Below are positions 12,735 to 27,400 of a stretch of 64,000 bases of DNA, piece by piece. The position numbers and the translations under genes were made by a program. This stretch comes from Tubiluchus corallicola. Its lineage: Eukaryota; Animalia; Priapulida. The stretch's first letter is position 1, and each line of letters opens with the position of its first letter. The notes under the pieces were generated by a model. The model was not told where the DNA came from. It did not search any database and was given only the letters and a program-made list of their open reading frames with translations. Location: contig JAQGDQ010000130.1 in assembly GCA_030141605.1 (NCBI GenBank), forward strand, positions 139,742 through 203,741, in the 5' to 3' direction.

Positions 12735-14882
12735 CTATAGTAGTTCAGTTTCTTGCTGACATGAACCAGACCTATCATTTCGATTAGTATTATTAGTTCC
12801 TCCTACAGCCCCGTCTTTTTCCTTTTCCTTTTTGTCTTCTGACGACTTTCGACGGCGTTTTTCCGGACAGTTTTGAATGTATATCACTCTATTATATGCG
12901 CGCCATCGTCGACACAGTTGAACGTACATTTTGCACTGAACGTACATGAACACTAACCCGCCAGTGAATCCTATGGCAACCACGATGAGTTTCGTCCAGA
13001 ATGGCCATTTGAGAATACCGGCGGCTATTTCCTCGGTAGTTCTGTCAATGAGGACGTACAGAGACCATATGACACATGTTATAGCCACTATGTGAAAGCT
13101 GACAGAGCATAGCACCTTGCGTCGTTCTACTGATGTCATATCTAGTTTCTCCCACTAAAACAAGAAAGTACCAAAAGTTACTTACTACTTTATTAAACCA
13201 AAAATACAAGAAGAAAATAAACTAAGTATCAGGTAAAAAAGTGTACCATAAACAAAAAAGGGCTTCCAAACAAAAAAGATATTGTAAACATTTGCATCCC
13301 TCTTAATTTTGTGGTACATTGGGGTGAGAGAAACACTGCCAGATACTAGAGGCCTAAAATGGGAGCCAACGAAACGATTTCTGTGCTTAATTTGCATTCC
13401 AAACAATTTTGCCAAAAATTTGCATAAAATAAAGATAAAAAATGTGTAAGCAGCTACTAAAGTACTAAACAGTGCACAATGTACAAAAGTTACACAAAAA
13501 CCAGATTATAGAAGTTTAACAAAGACGAACAGTTTTAAGACATTGCTATTTTAGATTGCAACTTTGGTTTGCATATTTATCTATCTTATGCTTTCTAAAC
13601 CAAACTTGGCTGAAAGGGACAAAGCGCAAAATATCTGAATTAAGCCTGCACTTAAAACAAAGGCCTTTTTTGGACTACAAGTCAAATGCCATCACTGCTA
13701 TACCTGGCATTTCCTTCCTTTAGGCCAGGCTTGGTTTCAAAAATTTAATTGTTGGGGATTTCTTCCAATGTTAGTAATAACCTTCCAATCAAGACTACAA
13801 GTAATTATTAAACAAAAAAGAGTTTTTGTGACAGTGAAACTGTTACTATAAAAACAGCAAAATACTCTTGAAAACTTCTAACTAAAACTTATACACAACT
13901 CTACACTCAGTAACGAATGTATCCTGCAGCATCTTACACAAGGATGGGCAGTGTCTCTGATTTTTCCACCACAGTGAGTATGACTACACAATTTTCAAGT
14001 AATGCAAATTATCCAGCTTGAAGAGAACTAAAATGTGTAGCTATCTCTTTAATACATGCTATAGAAAAATGAACAGAAACACTATAAACCACTACCTTAA
14101 AAAGTTAAATATTTTTGAAATCATGTGCAAATTAAACACAGTCACACAACTTGTCCTTGATGTTTTAAGGTTGCATGATTTTTGGAGCTAATTAGTTACA
14201 CACACAGCTAAATACGTCAAGTTAAGACACACTAAAGGATAGGCAAAAAAAGATAAATTTACTGCATGAAATAAAAATAATAATGCAGTAATTGGAAATC
14301 ACCAGTTAATTGGTGTGACAATTTCTAGCCTTATCCTGAATGTCCCACTTCCAAAATCGATGACTTGAAAACATGTATATTTTCATGTCACCTGAAAAAA
14401 CCTTAAAAATTGGTAGTACAATTATGTTTTGTTTTTGCAGTTTTTTAGCCAACGTGTTGATAGGTTGGAGAGGCCTTTAAAATGGCACTATGGTTACATG
14501 TCACAAAACAACAGAATTTAAGCAGGAAAGCAAATCATCTCATCCAAATGAACATTACCGTTTTAAAAGGCTTAATCTTCGTCTGCATTGCAAAGTTGAA
14601 TTTACAAAGTTCACAACTTTTCGTGTCTGAGCTCTTTATCCACTGCTGTAGGCACTCTTGATGCACCCATTTCAGTGTCCCGGAACAATAACACGGAGAT
14701 ATCAATGGCATCACCTCATCCCCCTCACAGTGGCATATGCGACATATGTCAACTCCAGTCGTGGTGGATGAGGCAGATTCTAACTTGTCCGCATGCTCGG
14801 ACAGAGGGCCTGGCTTAGCAGTCGCAGAGTTCGTTTCTAGCGTGATCACCTCCATTGGGCATAACTCGCCGGGCTGCAGCAT
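12735..14882 (-). CDS. MARCH8: MARCH1/MARCH8-like RING-CH (RINGv) transmembrane E3 ubiquitin ligase, about 247 aa; coding exons 14882-14559 and 13154-12735
   Basis: Exon 1 encodes C4HC3 RING-CH ([47 protein letters not shown]). Phase-0 join ...KPFKT|gtaatg...ttttag|WEKLDMT.... Exon 2 encodes two TM helices ([45 protein letters not shown]) and [12 protein letters not shown], typical of MARCH1/8. Stop TAG at 12737-12735. MARCH1 versus MARCH8 cannot be distinguished. Confidence 0.93.
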
Positions 14883-16290
14883 CTCCTAGGGAAATAATAA
14901 AAATCAAAAATCATATTGATAGTTTAGCAATGACACACAAGCAAAGTATACAAGAAAAGCATTTACAACAGCAAAGCATAGGCCTAATTATTACCATAAT
15001 GAAACTGTAAAAATGGTCTGGATTTTTCAGTGAAAACTTAATTTAAAAGCCCTTACAACTCTATCAGCAACTTCTATCAACTGCTTTTTATAAAAACCAC
15101 AATGCTGGGTACATTTTAGAACTAACACAACAGACATCTGTACGCAGCGTTTTATGGAGTCTCCCGGGGTTAGCTTTCTATAAACTCACTGCCTCAGTTC
15201 ACACAAGACACCTCAGGCAAAGTTATTTTGCTTCACACTAGCAATTTCACAAAAGACTTGAGCGAAACTGATTAGTTGACCAGTTTTATACAACTTCATG
15301 CATTGCTAATACATCACGAACCTGTTAACATTTTAACATCTGCACTATTTTGTAAACAGTTTATGAACCACCTGAACTCATAGTAGCGAAATCTATATCG
15401 CAAAAAAACAAAGATTAATATCAAACATAAACCCCTGTGATTTAACATTTTGCACATACATATGTAACACATATTAAGTGAAATAAATATGGCGCAAAAA
15501 TGCGATAAGCACCACAAAAAATCTTTAATTGCAAGATTAATTACAAATTTGATATCAACAATATTTGTATGTGTGTATCTGAGATCTCCATTACAGGTCC
15601 CAAAACAAAGTACCAAATACCGCTTGTTATTTTTGTTATCACTTATTTGGTAGTAGTACAATACACAATACATTCAGAAGTACAAATACATAAATTTCTA
15701 CTCCTAAATGTACAAATAAATTTACAAGTAGTACAAATGACAAAAGTACAATTATACAATTAGCGCAACAGTAACAAAATTTTGATAATTAACAAGCTAG
15801 TACATATGTTAAACAATAGTTAATTTCCTGACTATTTAAACCAGGTAAAGGCTATCATACAACAGTAATTCTTTGGCAACTGATTAACAATGTCTCTTTT
15901 TCTGACACGGCAGTTATATTTGATTCTTAATTATATTACATGTGTCCATTGTTGAATTAAAAACAACATTTATATAGACTGCTGATTTAGCATAGCTTAA
16001 AACAAAGAGGTGATGACAAATTACTTAAAAGCATTATTGGTACAAGCCTTTATTGTTGGTACGTATGGATCGACCATAATAGCAACTAAGACATAAGAAC
16101 GGTAGGGACGGAAGAATAAGGTTTACTTCAGTGACAAAATGTAATAAAAACCTCAATTTGTACAGTAACTATACGGGTATGGAGTACTGATACTGTACTA
16201 GCTCACTACAACACATTTACTGGCTCACCACAGTAGTCAGTTGTGCAATCATTTCTCACCCACTCCCCAACGCAATGCAAGGCTTCTGTG

Positions 16291-16304
16291 GTTGCTATGG
16301 TAAC
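16291..16304. promoter_or_regulatory. RFX X-box consensus match
   Basis: GTTGCTATGGTAAC matches GTNRCY(N0-3)RGYAAC. Confidence 0.4.
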
Positions 16305-18589
16305 ACTGCAAATGCTGCATAATAACCGGCTTAGATGTGGAAATCAAAAAGAATATCTCAGTGGCTGAGATTTAAAGTGAATAACAATAATATCGCGTTG
16401 GTCTTATTTCCAAAGAAGTCATAGAAGCCAAGCAGCAGGAAGCAACGAGCGCCCAGCAAAAAATAACAACAGCTGCTCGAACTGAGAAATCTCGCTTTGG
16501 GAATGTACAGGCCGATCGGAAAAAGTAACATCAGCATGCAGTTGTTCTAGCTGCACAAAATAACTTCTGAATTGAGAACTGGTGACGTTCAGCACATATA
16601 GGGTGAAAACGAAAAAACTATTACCAACTGTTTCAATTGCATTCAGGGAACGCCAGGATGTGAGTTTAATAACTCTCATTCATTACGGTGTCAGGGCGAA
16701 ATGTTAAACAGTGACGCATCAAGGTCGTCAAATTTGCCATATCTTTTGTGCGTCAAGATGTCCTCTTTTGCGTTGAAGCTTCAGTTTCATAAGCCTGCGG
16801 TTTTTTCAGTTTTCATTAAGAGAATTCAGGTTGCAACTTGACACTAACTGACACAAAAGACACGCACACACAGACAAACAGTCTTCTTGCTGACAGAAAA
16901 GCAACAGATACAGCGTCATAAGTAAAGATACGCCATCACGTGTTACGTGACACTGTTACGCATTACCAAGTCAACAAAACTGGAAAGGTAAGATATTTAA
17001 ACAAAGCAACATTTTGATGTACCAAGCAGCAGGCCTAGCCGCCTACCGTATTATCAAAATGATCACTAACGTTCAGTCATAATCGTAATTTCCCCTCCCG
17101 TAATCAAACACTCACAGCCATAGATTACTGAACAGTCTTCAACACATGGTCGACAGGACAGAAGGAAATTATTTCAATTAAGCTAAATTTATATCATTAC
17201 GTTCTCATCATTCTTTCTTTGACCTTGTTGTATAATGCTGCCACCTACAGACACTTTTCTTACAATGGGAAAATCTTGCTCTTTAATCTTTTAAATTCAA
17301 ATTCAGTTTATCTGACTCTTCAGGGTACATGTATGCATATTGTCTAACCTTTTTTCATACCTGAACTAGCTTCACATGTATTTCCAAGCTGTAATCATGT
17401 AGACAGATACTTCAAACTCAATATATGTGTATTTTTTATTCTTCGAGGCACACGCATATTTCAATAATTAGGGGTGTAGCACCCATTAGTCGAATCCCTA
17501 CACAGCGCGCCCATTTATGTTCGTGGACACCTCCTTAGACAAAGAAAATGAAAGTGAAGCTTAAGCGTCCCCTGGGGGGGACAAGGATGAGCCATGGCTT
17601 TTAAAAGCAAATTATGAAAGCGATTTATCATAATTTTTAACGTATCCAGACTTAAACGGGACGTTATTAAAATCCGCTCTAAAATCGCCATTCCCGAAGC
17701 AGTTATTCTGAAACACTTTAGTTGCATTTGCTACATAACGTTTGAATATAGCCTGTTTATAGTGATATTTCTTTAGATAGCAATTTTGTTATACAATACC
17801 GTAGCATCGTTGTTCAATAAGTACCTGGTTTTCAGGGGATCAGTCACTAGGGACTGGTACGTCTGACTGGTACCTTAGGCATAACCTGTCAGTCTTCCAA
17901 AAACCAAGAAAATCAATAAGCAAGACAACTAAATCATTCTAATGTGCAGAAGCAAAGGGTGTACACCATCAACTACCAAAGACTGACAAACCGACACACT
18001 GAGCACATTTACTGCCACAACTAGAAAAATAAACAGGAGCTTGGTGTGTGAACGTTCCTGAACAGGAAGAAAAATGCTACAAACAACATGTCCAACCAGC
18101 CTAGCAGTTAAGGACATGGAACACCAGGCACGATCTAGCAGATTTAGCAGCTTAGAATGTGGTCGTTTAGCGTTAACTCAGAAAAATTTTAAAAGCTTTT
18201 AATTATTCCTAACGAACTGGCAGTCAACCGTATATTAAAACAATCCACACGTAACCACTTGAAAATTTACGAATTATTACAAAGCTGGGAAGGAAAAGTT
18301 AACTAGCCGTGAAACTTAATGAATTGGAATCTTGCAAAACTACCGTCATCAAATTATATAACCATAAATGCATAAAAAAAAGAACCAACATCATTACCAA
18401 ATGGACGCTGACTGCGTCATTCATGGCAAAATTCTAAAAAACCACGGATCTTGTACAAAGAGTAACACCAGTGAATTGCATATTTTTCTATTTCTGACAC
18501 AAAAACTAGAAAGTAAAACTATTGCACATAAAAATACAAATTGGAAAGGATTTTGTTTTTGTTTAAAGATTGGCACTCTTGTACTCAAT

Positions 18590-18708
18590 GACAAGCTCTC
18601 CGCCCCCAAGACAGGCAGACACAGCAGACGCAGAGCTTTTATTTCAGAATTCTGCCCGCCCGATGTCTACAATAGACACGCGGGCAAAGATGATGATGAT
18701 GATGATGA
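18590..18708 (+). mobile_element. Short retroposon 3' end with (GAT)n tail; related copy at about 35235-35350 (-)
   Basis: Shared core agaattctgYcYgcc...tgtctRcaataga followed by a GAT microsatellite tail in both copies. Confidence 0.6.
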
Positions 18709-18784
18709 CAAGGTCTACTACACTGCTTAATAAATGTGGCAGGGCCGGAATCTAGATGATCAAAAATAGTCCTAATTGAAAGTA

Positions 18785-18845
18785 ATTTTCCTGAAGGTCA
18801 GTCACCCACCCATTTACTAACCAGATTCAGTCTGCTTAAGTACCT
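18785..18845 (-). mobile_element. 5S rRNA-derived SINE fragment / pseudogene
   Basis: Reverse complement TAAGCAGactgaatCTGGTTAGTAaaTGGgTGGGtGAC matches the 5S internal control region. Confidence 0.6.
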
Positions 18846-19660
18846 AGGTTTGCTCACTAACTACATACACTGTGAACACCATACGCAATTAAACATTAAG
18901 ATGTTCCTATAGAAAAGCAAGCAAAATAACATTGCACTAGTTGAAACAAAGTAGCTTGTAGTGGAAATAGAAACACACAAAAAACAAGTATAAATTGTGC
19001 TCATTTAAAATTAAATGTCAGACGCCACCAGTAATTACATACTGTCATGCACACTGCATGCACGCGCGTAGGGGTACCCACACGGATGCACGAAAACACA
19101 CCCAAGCACTAAGAGTGCCATTTATATCGCGCCCCGACATTTACAAAGCAACAAAAACTTTACAAATTACCATTATTTTTGAAACGAGTTGCTGCTCATA
19201 TTGCAAGTAATTTTGTTAAGTGGTAGAGTTGGAAATAACTCGGCAGACAGTAATCTAACTGGTGATCACAATGTGCATTAATGTAAAGTTAATAACGTGC
19301 GCAATTTCAGTTAAGTAACGTTTTCACTTTCAATTAAACGCGATGAAACGCAATTAGGAGTTATAGGGACTGTAAATGATGTAACCTTTGAGCTTGGCTT
19401 CTCTCGTACAACAGACAGTTTTCTCTGAAAATAACATAGTAGACATTTTACAACTCATACTTTAAAAATGCCAAATTGGTAGGTCACTCTGACCAGCTCT
19501 AAACATTACATGATGACTTTTAGAAAGACCACGAAAAAGACGCCATGTCGGTTTATTTCTGCGTGGCAGCTGTGACTCATTTGCTATACTGCTTCAACTA
19601 TTTCTCAACTATGTTGCTTATAATAGCATTCAGCAGTCCATGATCCACTATTCACAAACA

Positions 19661-19847
19661 GTGAGGTGATGATGTTAACTGCCCATTGTTCTCCAGCAAT
19701 GATGTGATGATGTCAGCAGCCCATTGTTCTCCAGTAAAGAAGTGACAGTGTTAGCAGCCATTGTTCTCTAGCAATGAGGTAATGATGTTTGCAGTAGACT
19801 TTTCTCTAGCAGCGAGGCGCCAATGTCAGCAACTCATTGTTCTCTAA
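19661..19847. repeat. Degenerate minisatellite, about 38 bp x 5
   Basis: Unit approximately gaggtgatgatgtcagcagcccattgttctccagcaat. Confidence 0.85.
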
Positions 19848-22800
19848 GCCATTTTATTATAACAAACCAAAGAGTTTGCAAAGCGAACAAGATAATTTTA
19901 TACATAAGCCCACTGATAAGGAGAACCAGTCTACAATACATCATTTACTGTCAAAAAAGGTTGAAAAAACACAAGACCTGAAGAAAGGGAACAGCATTCG
20001 TGACAGCCGTCAAAATACGGAAACCATCGAAGCAATTCTAACTTTGAGCCGACATTGAAGATTTCTGCAGAAAGCAAACAGGCAGAAAGTCATTTGAAGA
20101 GACCAAACCACTTCTTGTGTTCTTAATGAAACTGTTCCAGCTGCTAGTTATGAACAGAATTTGACCACTTATTGGATTTAATGAGCGTCTCCGGCAGTCT
20201 CGGTCTGGGGTATATATAACAGTATTGATTACGATAGCCTGCCGTGCAAGTGTGCAGAGCAGATAGGCAGGAATGTAGTGAAAATCTCCCACTACTACAC
20301 ACAGGATTATGGCCTACTGTAGCTCCCAGAAAGCTGCGCTTCAGGAAATTTATAATACGCACTTTTTTTTCTCAAAATTTCTTGCATTTCTAAACTTGAG
20401 CAGCTGTTATCTCCAAGCCCAACGAAGCCACGAATGAACTTAGAAGTAAATCTAGTGATTACAGACCCGATCAATTTTGGCCATAAAGTGCTGGTGGCGT
20501 TGACAAGTTTGCGTTAATGAAAATGATTGCACGTCTACAGCCATGACTACTGTAGTAATTTGTCACATTAATAGAGAAAATGTGTGGCATACAAACTTCT
20601 ACAGCAATCAACAATGAACTACTGATCGCCTAGAATAGTTTCAGTATTGCTTTGCAATGCACTGCAGAACTGCTGATAACCTAGAATAGTTCCTATACGT
20701 CACTAATGTCCACAGTACACTGAAGACGAAAATCAAGAAATCACGCTGAAAGTTAGATATCACCAGCAAGTTAAATACGAATTATCTGCAACAGTACTTC
20801 ATTTATCTATCATCTGTTTCAACAGTTAGATCTAATAAGATCAAACTAATATCATTTATTAGCTGAAAACAGTGTCTCCTGACTCCTGAGTGTACAATGT
20901 ATTCGTGTAAAGTCGAGCAGCCCCTTAACGACAGAAAAATTCGTTTTACAAGATTTCAGAAACAAGATGGATCAATGTTTTGGCATGAGCCGTTTGGCTA
21001 CAATTTTCTGCTAACAACAGAACCCTTTTAGCTTCCATTGTGCTTTTTGTAAAACGGTTTTATAGCGACCTTTTCTGCAAAAGCATTTGGTTATTGCAAG
21101 AGTTGCGAGGTCATGTTTTGGCGAAAAAATTAAGAAATATAATTTCACTAGAACGTCTAGCGAAACACAAAACATAAAATATATTGTCTTGAGGAGGAAG
21201 TACTGCATTATACAGTCTTTCGGCATAAATTTTAGTACTATATACCAAGATAAACAAAAAACTAACCAAGCAATAAAGAATTACTTAACATTATTTGGGC
21301 ACTTATTGGGCACCGTCTATTTATTTTTGGACAGCAAATGTAGTGCAATGATCTAATAATTATACATGTACACATTCTAGGGCTTGCTCACATGGTTGGT
21401 TAAACATAAATGTAGAATTGCCAAGAGTAGCGCTGGCTCTAACACCCTGAAAAAGCGTGAAAGAATATCTCAAGTTGATCAACAGATTATTTATGTAAAC
21501 TTCATCTTCATACTTTTTGAAAGATGGTCTAAGGTCACTTCTAGGTGCGTCACTTGTGGGCTAAAAACTATAAAAATTACCAACCAATGACTTGCAATTG
21601 CCATCTGTGATCTTCAGACTTCAAGTGACCTTTGATGTCACCTAAGCTTACATGAGTTAATTAGTTGAACTTGCCCCAAATCAAGCTTTCAGAAGATAAG
21701 CCATGCTCACATATATCAAAATCAAATTTTTCAACATCGTTCCCCCTCTCAAAATCCACACCCATAAGTTCTTGGACACTTAACTGTACCTTGCTGAAAG
21801 CTTTTATGCAATACATCCTTAAAGCACACTTTGCACATTGTACATTAAAGCTTACATGTTAGCCCCACTTCACTAGAAACCTATCACTAAACATGCCAAT
21901 ACCGTGAAAATGGTCCAGAATTGCTAGAAAGTCAAAGTCGTCACAGTCCGATGGCTTGACCAATGTCCAGATTAAGGGAAACTCTGACCTGATATAGACA
22001 CAAGTCGCATATATGAACACTTGTAAATTTTCTAACGCAGAACTCCTAAATATCTTAAACTAGTTTAAATAAAGGTCTTGTGAACATTATCCCCTGCTAT
22101 CGATAACTACAGTGGAACCATGACGTAAATGATAACGAGAAAACGATCAAAATACCCTTCTAACTGTGATTGCAAGGTGTTTTCCTTTTATCAGCAACTT
22201 CTTTCAGGAGAAAGGTACTTACAGTTCGCAATTTTGATTTACAGTCTAAGATTAGAATGTTTAGTTAGACGCCAAATATTATCCAAGTTGTTATGGCAAC
22301 GCGTTGTACTTGAAAAGCCCCAGAGCAACACCCTTAGAAATCAATTCACGTAATATGTTATCACACTTAGTTTTTCCTCACACGCTTGTATCAAAATAAA
22401 ATTAATCATCGGAATTAAATTGCAATTTAGCACAAACGTGACTGAAAAATGACAAAGCAGCTACGTTGTTACGCATGCAAAACAAAAGTTCATGCTTTGA
22501 GATAATGGTCAAATGTTTGCTTTTTTACACAAATCGCCACATGTAAGGCCAATGTCCCTCAGGGTTGCAGAGCTGTAGTAAGAAGGTGAAAATATTAAAG
22601 GGCAGTCGAGAAAAAATAGAATTCTTGTAACTAACTAACTAGTGATGGAGGTATCTGTTAATGTTATGGTTGTTATTATTCTTCTTTGCTTTTTATTTTA
22701 TTTGTTTACTAAAAATAGTATTAAAATCAGAGGTTAGTGGCAGGACAGAATAAGTTGTTTTTACTTATTTAATAATAAAAAAAATCTGTTTTGAAGAATT

Positions 22801-24189
22801 AGCTAAGCAAACATCACTGAAAACGAAACAAAATTCATGATAACCTCTAAGTTAATTTTTTCATTCATTCATTTTTGTAATTTTTGGCTACTCCTGCTTT
22901 TAAACATCTACGAATATTTTCATTTCAACCATTATAACAAACACGTATTGTATCAAAAAACATTACTAATCATGTACATCTAATCTCTACACAGACACAA
23001 CGCACGCGCGCATGCATTAACTTTGTTTTTAATAACTTGATACAGCAACGCAGTTTAACAGACTTAAATGAGACGAAGAAAAAGCTCTTGGCTGGCTTTA
23101 TTTCCACACCAATCTAAACATAGACCCAGCTGATGCCATGAATAGAAACAGGGTAGGTGGATTGGAATTCGGATGAGAAGCACATGCAAACTGAAAACAT
23201 GGACTACTTGTTTTTCAAGTTCAACTCAGACTCATTACTCATCAATTTATATGTTCACAAATCGGTTAGGTAAATAATAAGAAATAAATCAGTAAGCAAG
23301 AAGAATCCTAAAGTAAAGCACAAGTAATATGAAATTCAGCCACTTGGCACACAACAAAAATTACCACTATTTCTATAGCCCACCTAGTAATATCTGTCAG
23401 GAGTGACCTTCGAATGACCTTAAGGATGGACTTAAATGACCCAGTTCAAAAAAAAAATATTATAAGTTAAAATCTTTAGGTCCAGGAGCAAATAGATAAA
23501 TAGAAATTTTTAAATTTTTAGCCCAAGCGTCAACACCTTTTCATTTTTCAGTGGAAAGTAACGAATAAACTAAATCCATGCCCTACTCCATTCCGTTGCT
23601 CATGGCAGGACTGGCATCTATCTCATAATCAAGAATAATCCTCTAAGACTGTTCACTGAGCCAGCAGGTGTTTTCAGTTTGTGCATGAATTCTCCCTCTA
23701 CGAAAATAAATACGAAATTTATGCTAAAAATAAACAAACTTGTACCTAAGTATACGAAATAGATTACACAAAACTTTTAGACAGAAAATCTTAACCTGAA
23801 TGCAAATGATTTCGGTGCAACACAGAAAGATAAAGAATTCAGTTCACTCAGTGACTGAACCAAATGCAACTGACAGAACCCAGTTGAGCAGCTGCATGAG
23901 AAAGTCCTAGGACATGTGCTGACTTGTCTTTGTTAGATAAAGAAACATAATCCCCGCTCAACAGCTTTACTTTGTTGATGCATGTGTGAGAAAACATGGC
24001 CTCGTTTTAGCTTGTTTTCAACGAATAACACGAGAAGAGTCCTGAATGGTGTCAACTGACATGTATAAAGCACTACGACAAACTTTAAACATAATTTAGT
24101 AGGATACAGCAACTACGTTAGCTGATAAACTTGATTATTAAATAACACATATCACATATGTGTTTAATTAATTTATTTACTTACTTATT

Positions 24190-24480
24190 ATATTTAAATA
24201 TACTATGTTTCCCGAAATTTTTCAGAATTACTATAAATCTATAGCCCAGATGCACAAATATAGTACACAATTTGCATTTAATCAAACTTTCTATGTACAA
24301 AGATTTAATACTAAGAACCTCTAACTTATCAAGGTGCTTTGTTGTGGAATAATTTGCCTAATGAATTAAGAAATGGCACCTTTAGCTATTAGATAATTAA
24401 CTATAAATCCATCCTTATTTCTAATTGCCGTGCGTGACTCTTTCTACTAAGGTAAGCACATGATACAATAGGCTGAATCA
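24190..24480 (+). mobile_element. CR1/L2 LINE 3'-end relic
   Basis: YQGALLWNNLPNELRN, resembling the LWNxLP motif at L2/CR1 ORF2 C-termini. Confidence 0.5.
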
Positions 24481-27400
24481 TAATTAATAATGGGCTTACA
24501 TAATTCTCAAATCAGTCTTGCAGCTACAACACTTTCTTTTCACCACAATAATTATATTTTGCCTGCATCACTTTTATTTTTGCTTGCATATGTTTTTCTC
24601 GCTACATATATTCATTTTATTATAATATTTTGCTCACTGTTTCAAAGTTATCATTATGTTTTATTATACTTTTCATTGAGTCATACTGTCTATTTAGTTG
24701 CATACTCATATTCCATTGCATATTTTGTTTACTCCATTTCTGCTTCTCTATATTAACTCTCTTGTTCCGCAATATGGCAATATGCTTGAAAGACATAATT
24801 TGATTGAATACTATTAGGCCTACACATTTTTGTTTCATTATATTTAGTTTCATTTTATCGTGCATATTTTCTTTCTTTTACTGATTTTTTATTTTATGCT
24901 TTATTTTCCTGTTTTGGTTCGACTTGAGTTTATAATTTGTTTTAGTTACATGCTTTACATATTTGGTTAATCACCATTGCAAATTTTTCATTTTATCATA
25001 ATGTTTCCTTGTCTCATAGACTATTTAGTTACTTCGCTTTCAAGTTTAATTTCTTCCCAAATAAATTAATGTTAACAGTCAATTTTCTTATCCTAGTTCA
25101 TAATTATATTACATGGTATAATTAACAGTGCTGCAATTTTTTTACAATTAACACTAACCCGAGAAAAATAGCCGACTTGATGACCAATTCATCTTTCGTT
25201 ACCCTTTCCCTTACACCCCCCCCCCCTCCCTAACTCTTTCCTTTAAGCATAATTTATCCTGATTAATTATAGCAATTATAGTCTATTTGTATTCTGGTGT
25301 AAATGGGCAGATCTTGAGGTTTCATAAGCACTTTTCTAAAAAGTGGATGGAACTGCGGATCACCTACAGATGCAAATATCACAAACCAAAATTATTACAT
25401 TTATTAATATTTTCATGCTTCAAGTAGCTTGAAAGCCATCAGTAAAAGCATAAGGCGAATTAAAATCTAATTCACCAGGATTTATTAATATTTGCAGGCA
25501 GCTTGGGATACGATTAAGACTAGCTTTTGTGTAATAAAATGTTATAAGCAACAGAAATGAGCATTTTCATTGATAAGAAACAGTGATTATTTTTTATCAT
25601 AACAGTGGTAAATTACATGTACATGATAAAATTATAATGTAAGACAATAAGTGAAGGATTTGCTTTTATTGGTTACATTAAAGTATTATCTGCCAGCCAT
25701 ATTTCAAGAGAAAGTTGCATTATCGCATTCTTACAGTGTAAAAGTGCCATTAAGCTGGTTTTGCTTCCCGGAAACTGAAGAACAAACGAGCAGAAAAGTG
25801 GAGAAACGAAGAAAAGTCTGCAACTTCTTTAAGTGTAGCAACGGAATTTCACAATAAGTGAGAATCGTCAATGGGAACTAAAAGCACTGTCCTGCAGAGC
25901 AGTTTTCCCTGAATTGCTATGACATCGAAACATTCAAAATACATGTATAGAAGAAGCCAGTAGGTTCACTGCATGAAAAGGAAAGTCCCTGAAGCTGACA
26001 GCAGCACAATTTGAGATTCATACAAGGACTAAGGCAGTGAAAATATGCCAAAGTGACATTTAACATGACCGTATTGAAATTAGTATGAAAATATCCAGCA
26101 AACAGTAGGAAAGTGATGAATAGCACCTTCGGAAGGTATTGTGGATGGGAGGTGGACCTTTGGTAAACATGGTAACAATTATTCCCCAAAAAAGGTGGTA
26201 AACTGGTAAACAGCAGTGAGGACCGTTAGGCTCAACCGTTTAAAACAAGTTTAGATAACTCTGAGTAAAGTTTGAAAAAATCATCAAAGCATTCGTGCAC
26301 AATCTTTGCTGACTAAGCAAAAGTACTAATTACTTGATATTGTCAGTAAGATCAATAATGTGTTTTTGCTGAATAGGTGGTGCACACTGGGATGGCGATG
26401 TAGTGCTGTTCTACCAGACGGCATTTTAAATCATCAAGAATTTTTTCCCCAAATACGTAAGTTTTTCAAACAAGTAAGCAAAATGTTTAGTAATATAACT
26501 TTGTATAGAAAGTTCTTTAGGATATATTTTAAAATTCTCTTGAAACCCAAAAAGTCCAGGACAATATCATCTTAAACGAAGCTCAAACGCGAATATCCTG
26601 GAAAAAGCAGGTGGTGGCAGCTTAACCACGGGAGAGTGGGGCACGTAAACAATAAAATTTGTTCAAACAAACTCTTTATGCTCATGTACTACGTTCCTTA
26701 GTACCGCCGGAAGTGGTGAATTATTTCTTAGCATGTGCTTCTAATTTTGCTAATGTGCTAAGCTAAACAACCGCCCAAGTCGCTGAAGCTATATAAGCTA
26801 GCGGCAGTTATATATACGAGCCTTCCCAGCAATCCATTGAAAGATTATTCCCAATTCACTTCTAACTGTTAGTTACTTAGGCTATCTCAATAGAGTAAAT
26901 ATTTATAAACAGTTTTTTTATGATCCATCTAGTACATGTGTAAATCCTATTTTACAATATGGCCAACATAGTAAATTTTCAAATGGCACAAAACTCCAAA
27001 TATTCGACTTTCATTTTCCTATCAATAATCTCAAATCTATTATAAAAAAACACGTACATCACAATACAACATATTATAGAAAATAGAGCTCACAGCTGAA
27101 AAAGTGGGCTATAGTAAACATAGCTCATTTAAAGTGAATCCAAAGCCACAGTATCACAAGCAAATAAAAGATACAATAGGGAAAAACACTGTCCAGATTG
27201 TTAACTGTTACACCAAACAATGTGACTAGCTGCAAATAGTGCGTGAAAAGTTCTGTCATTTTCTCATACTTGCTATGCAAAATGTAAATAACTGGAGTTA
27301 CCAAATGACACAAAACAATCAGAGAAAAAATGCAAGTCAATGCCTATTGTGACTCTGAGAAGGCCTACAAAAACCAGTAAATCAAATAATATGCAGTTGT

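Noticed and set aside
12735-12755. C-terminal ETELL as a PDZ or GGA motif, or stop-codon readthrough
   Set aside because: Thr is not at position -2, Glu replaces the required Asp of DxxLL, and the TAG-CAT context is not a known strong readthrough signal.
14883-14889. NAGNAG acceptor (TAG GAG) directly before the MARCH ATG
   Set aside because: GAG acceptors are rarely used and the protein would not change.
19661-19847. CRISPR-like array
   Set aside because: Degenerate contiguous tandem repeat without spacers.
23400-23445. TGACCT clusters as nuclear-receptor response elements (also about 21530-21650 and 32770-32840)
   Set aside because: Such motifs are common in invertebrate dispersed repeats; no independent support.
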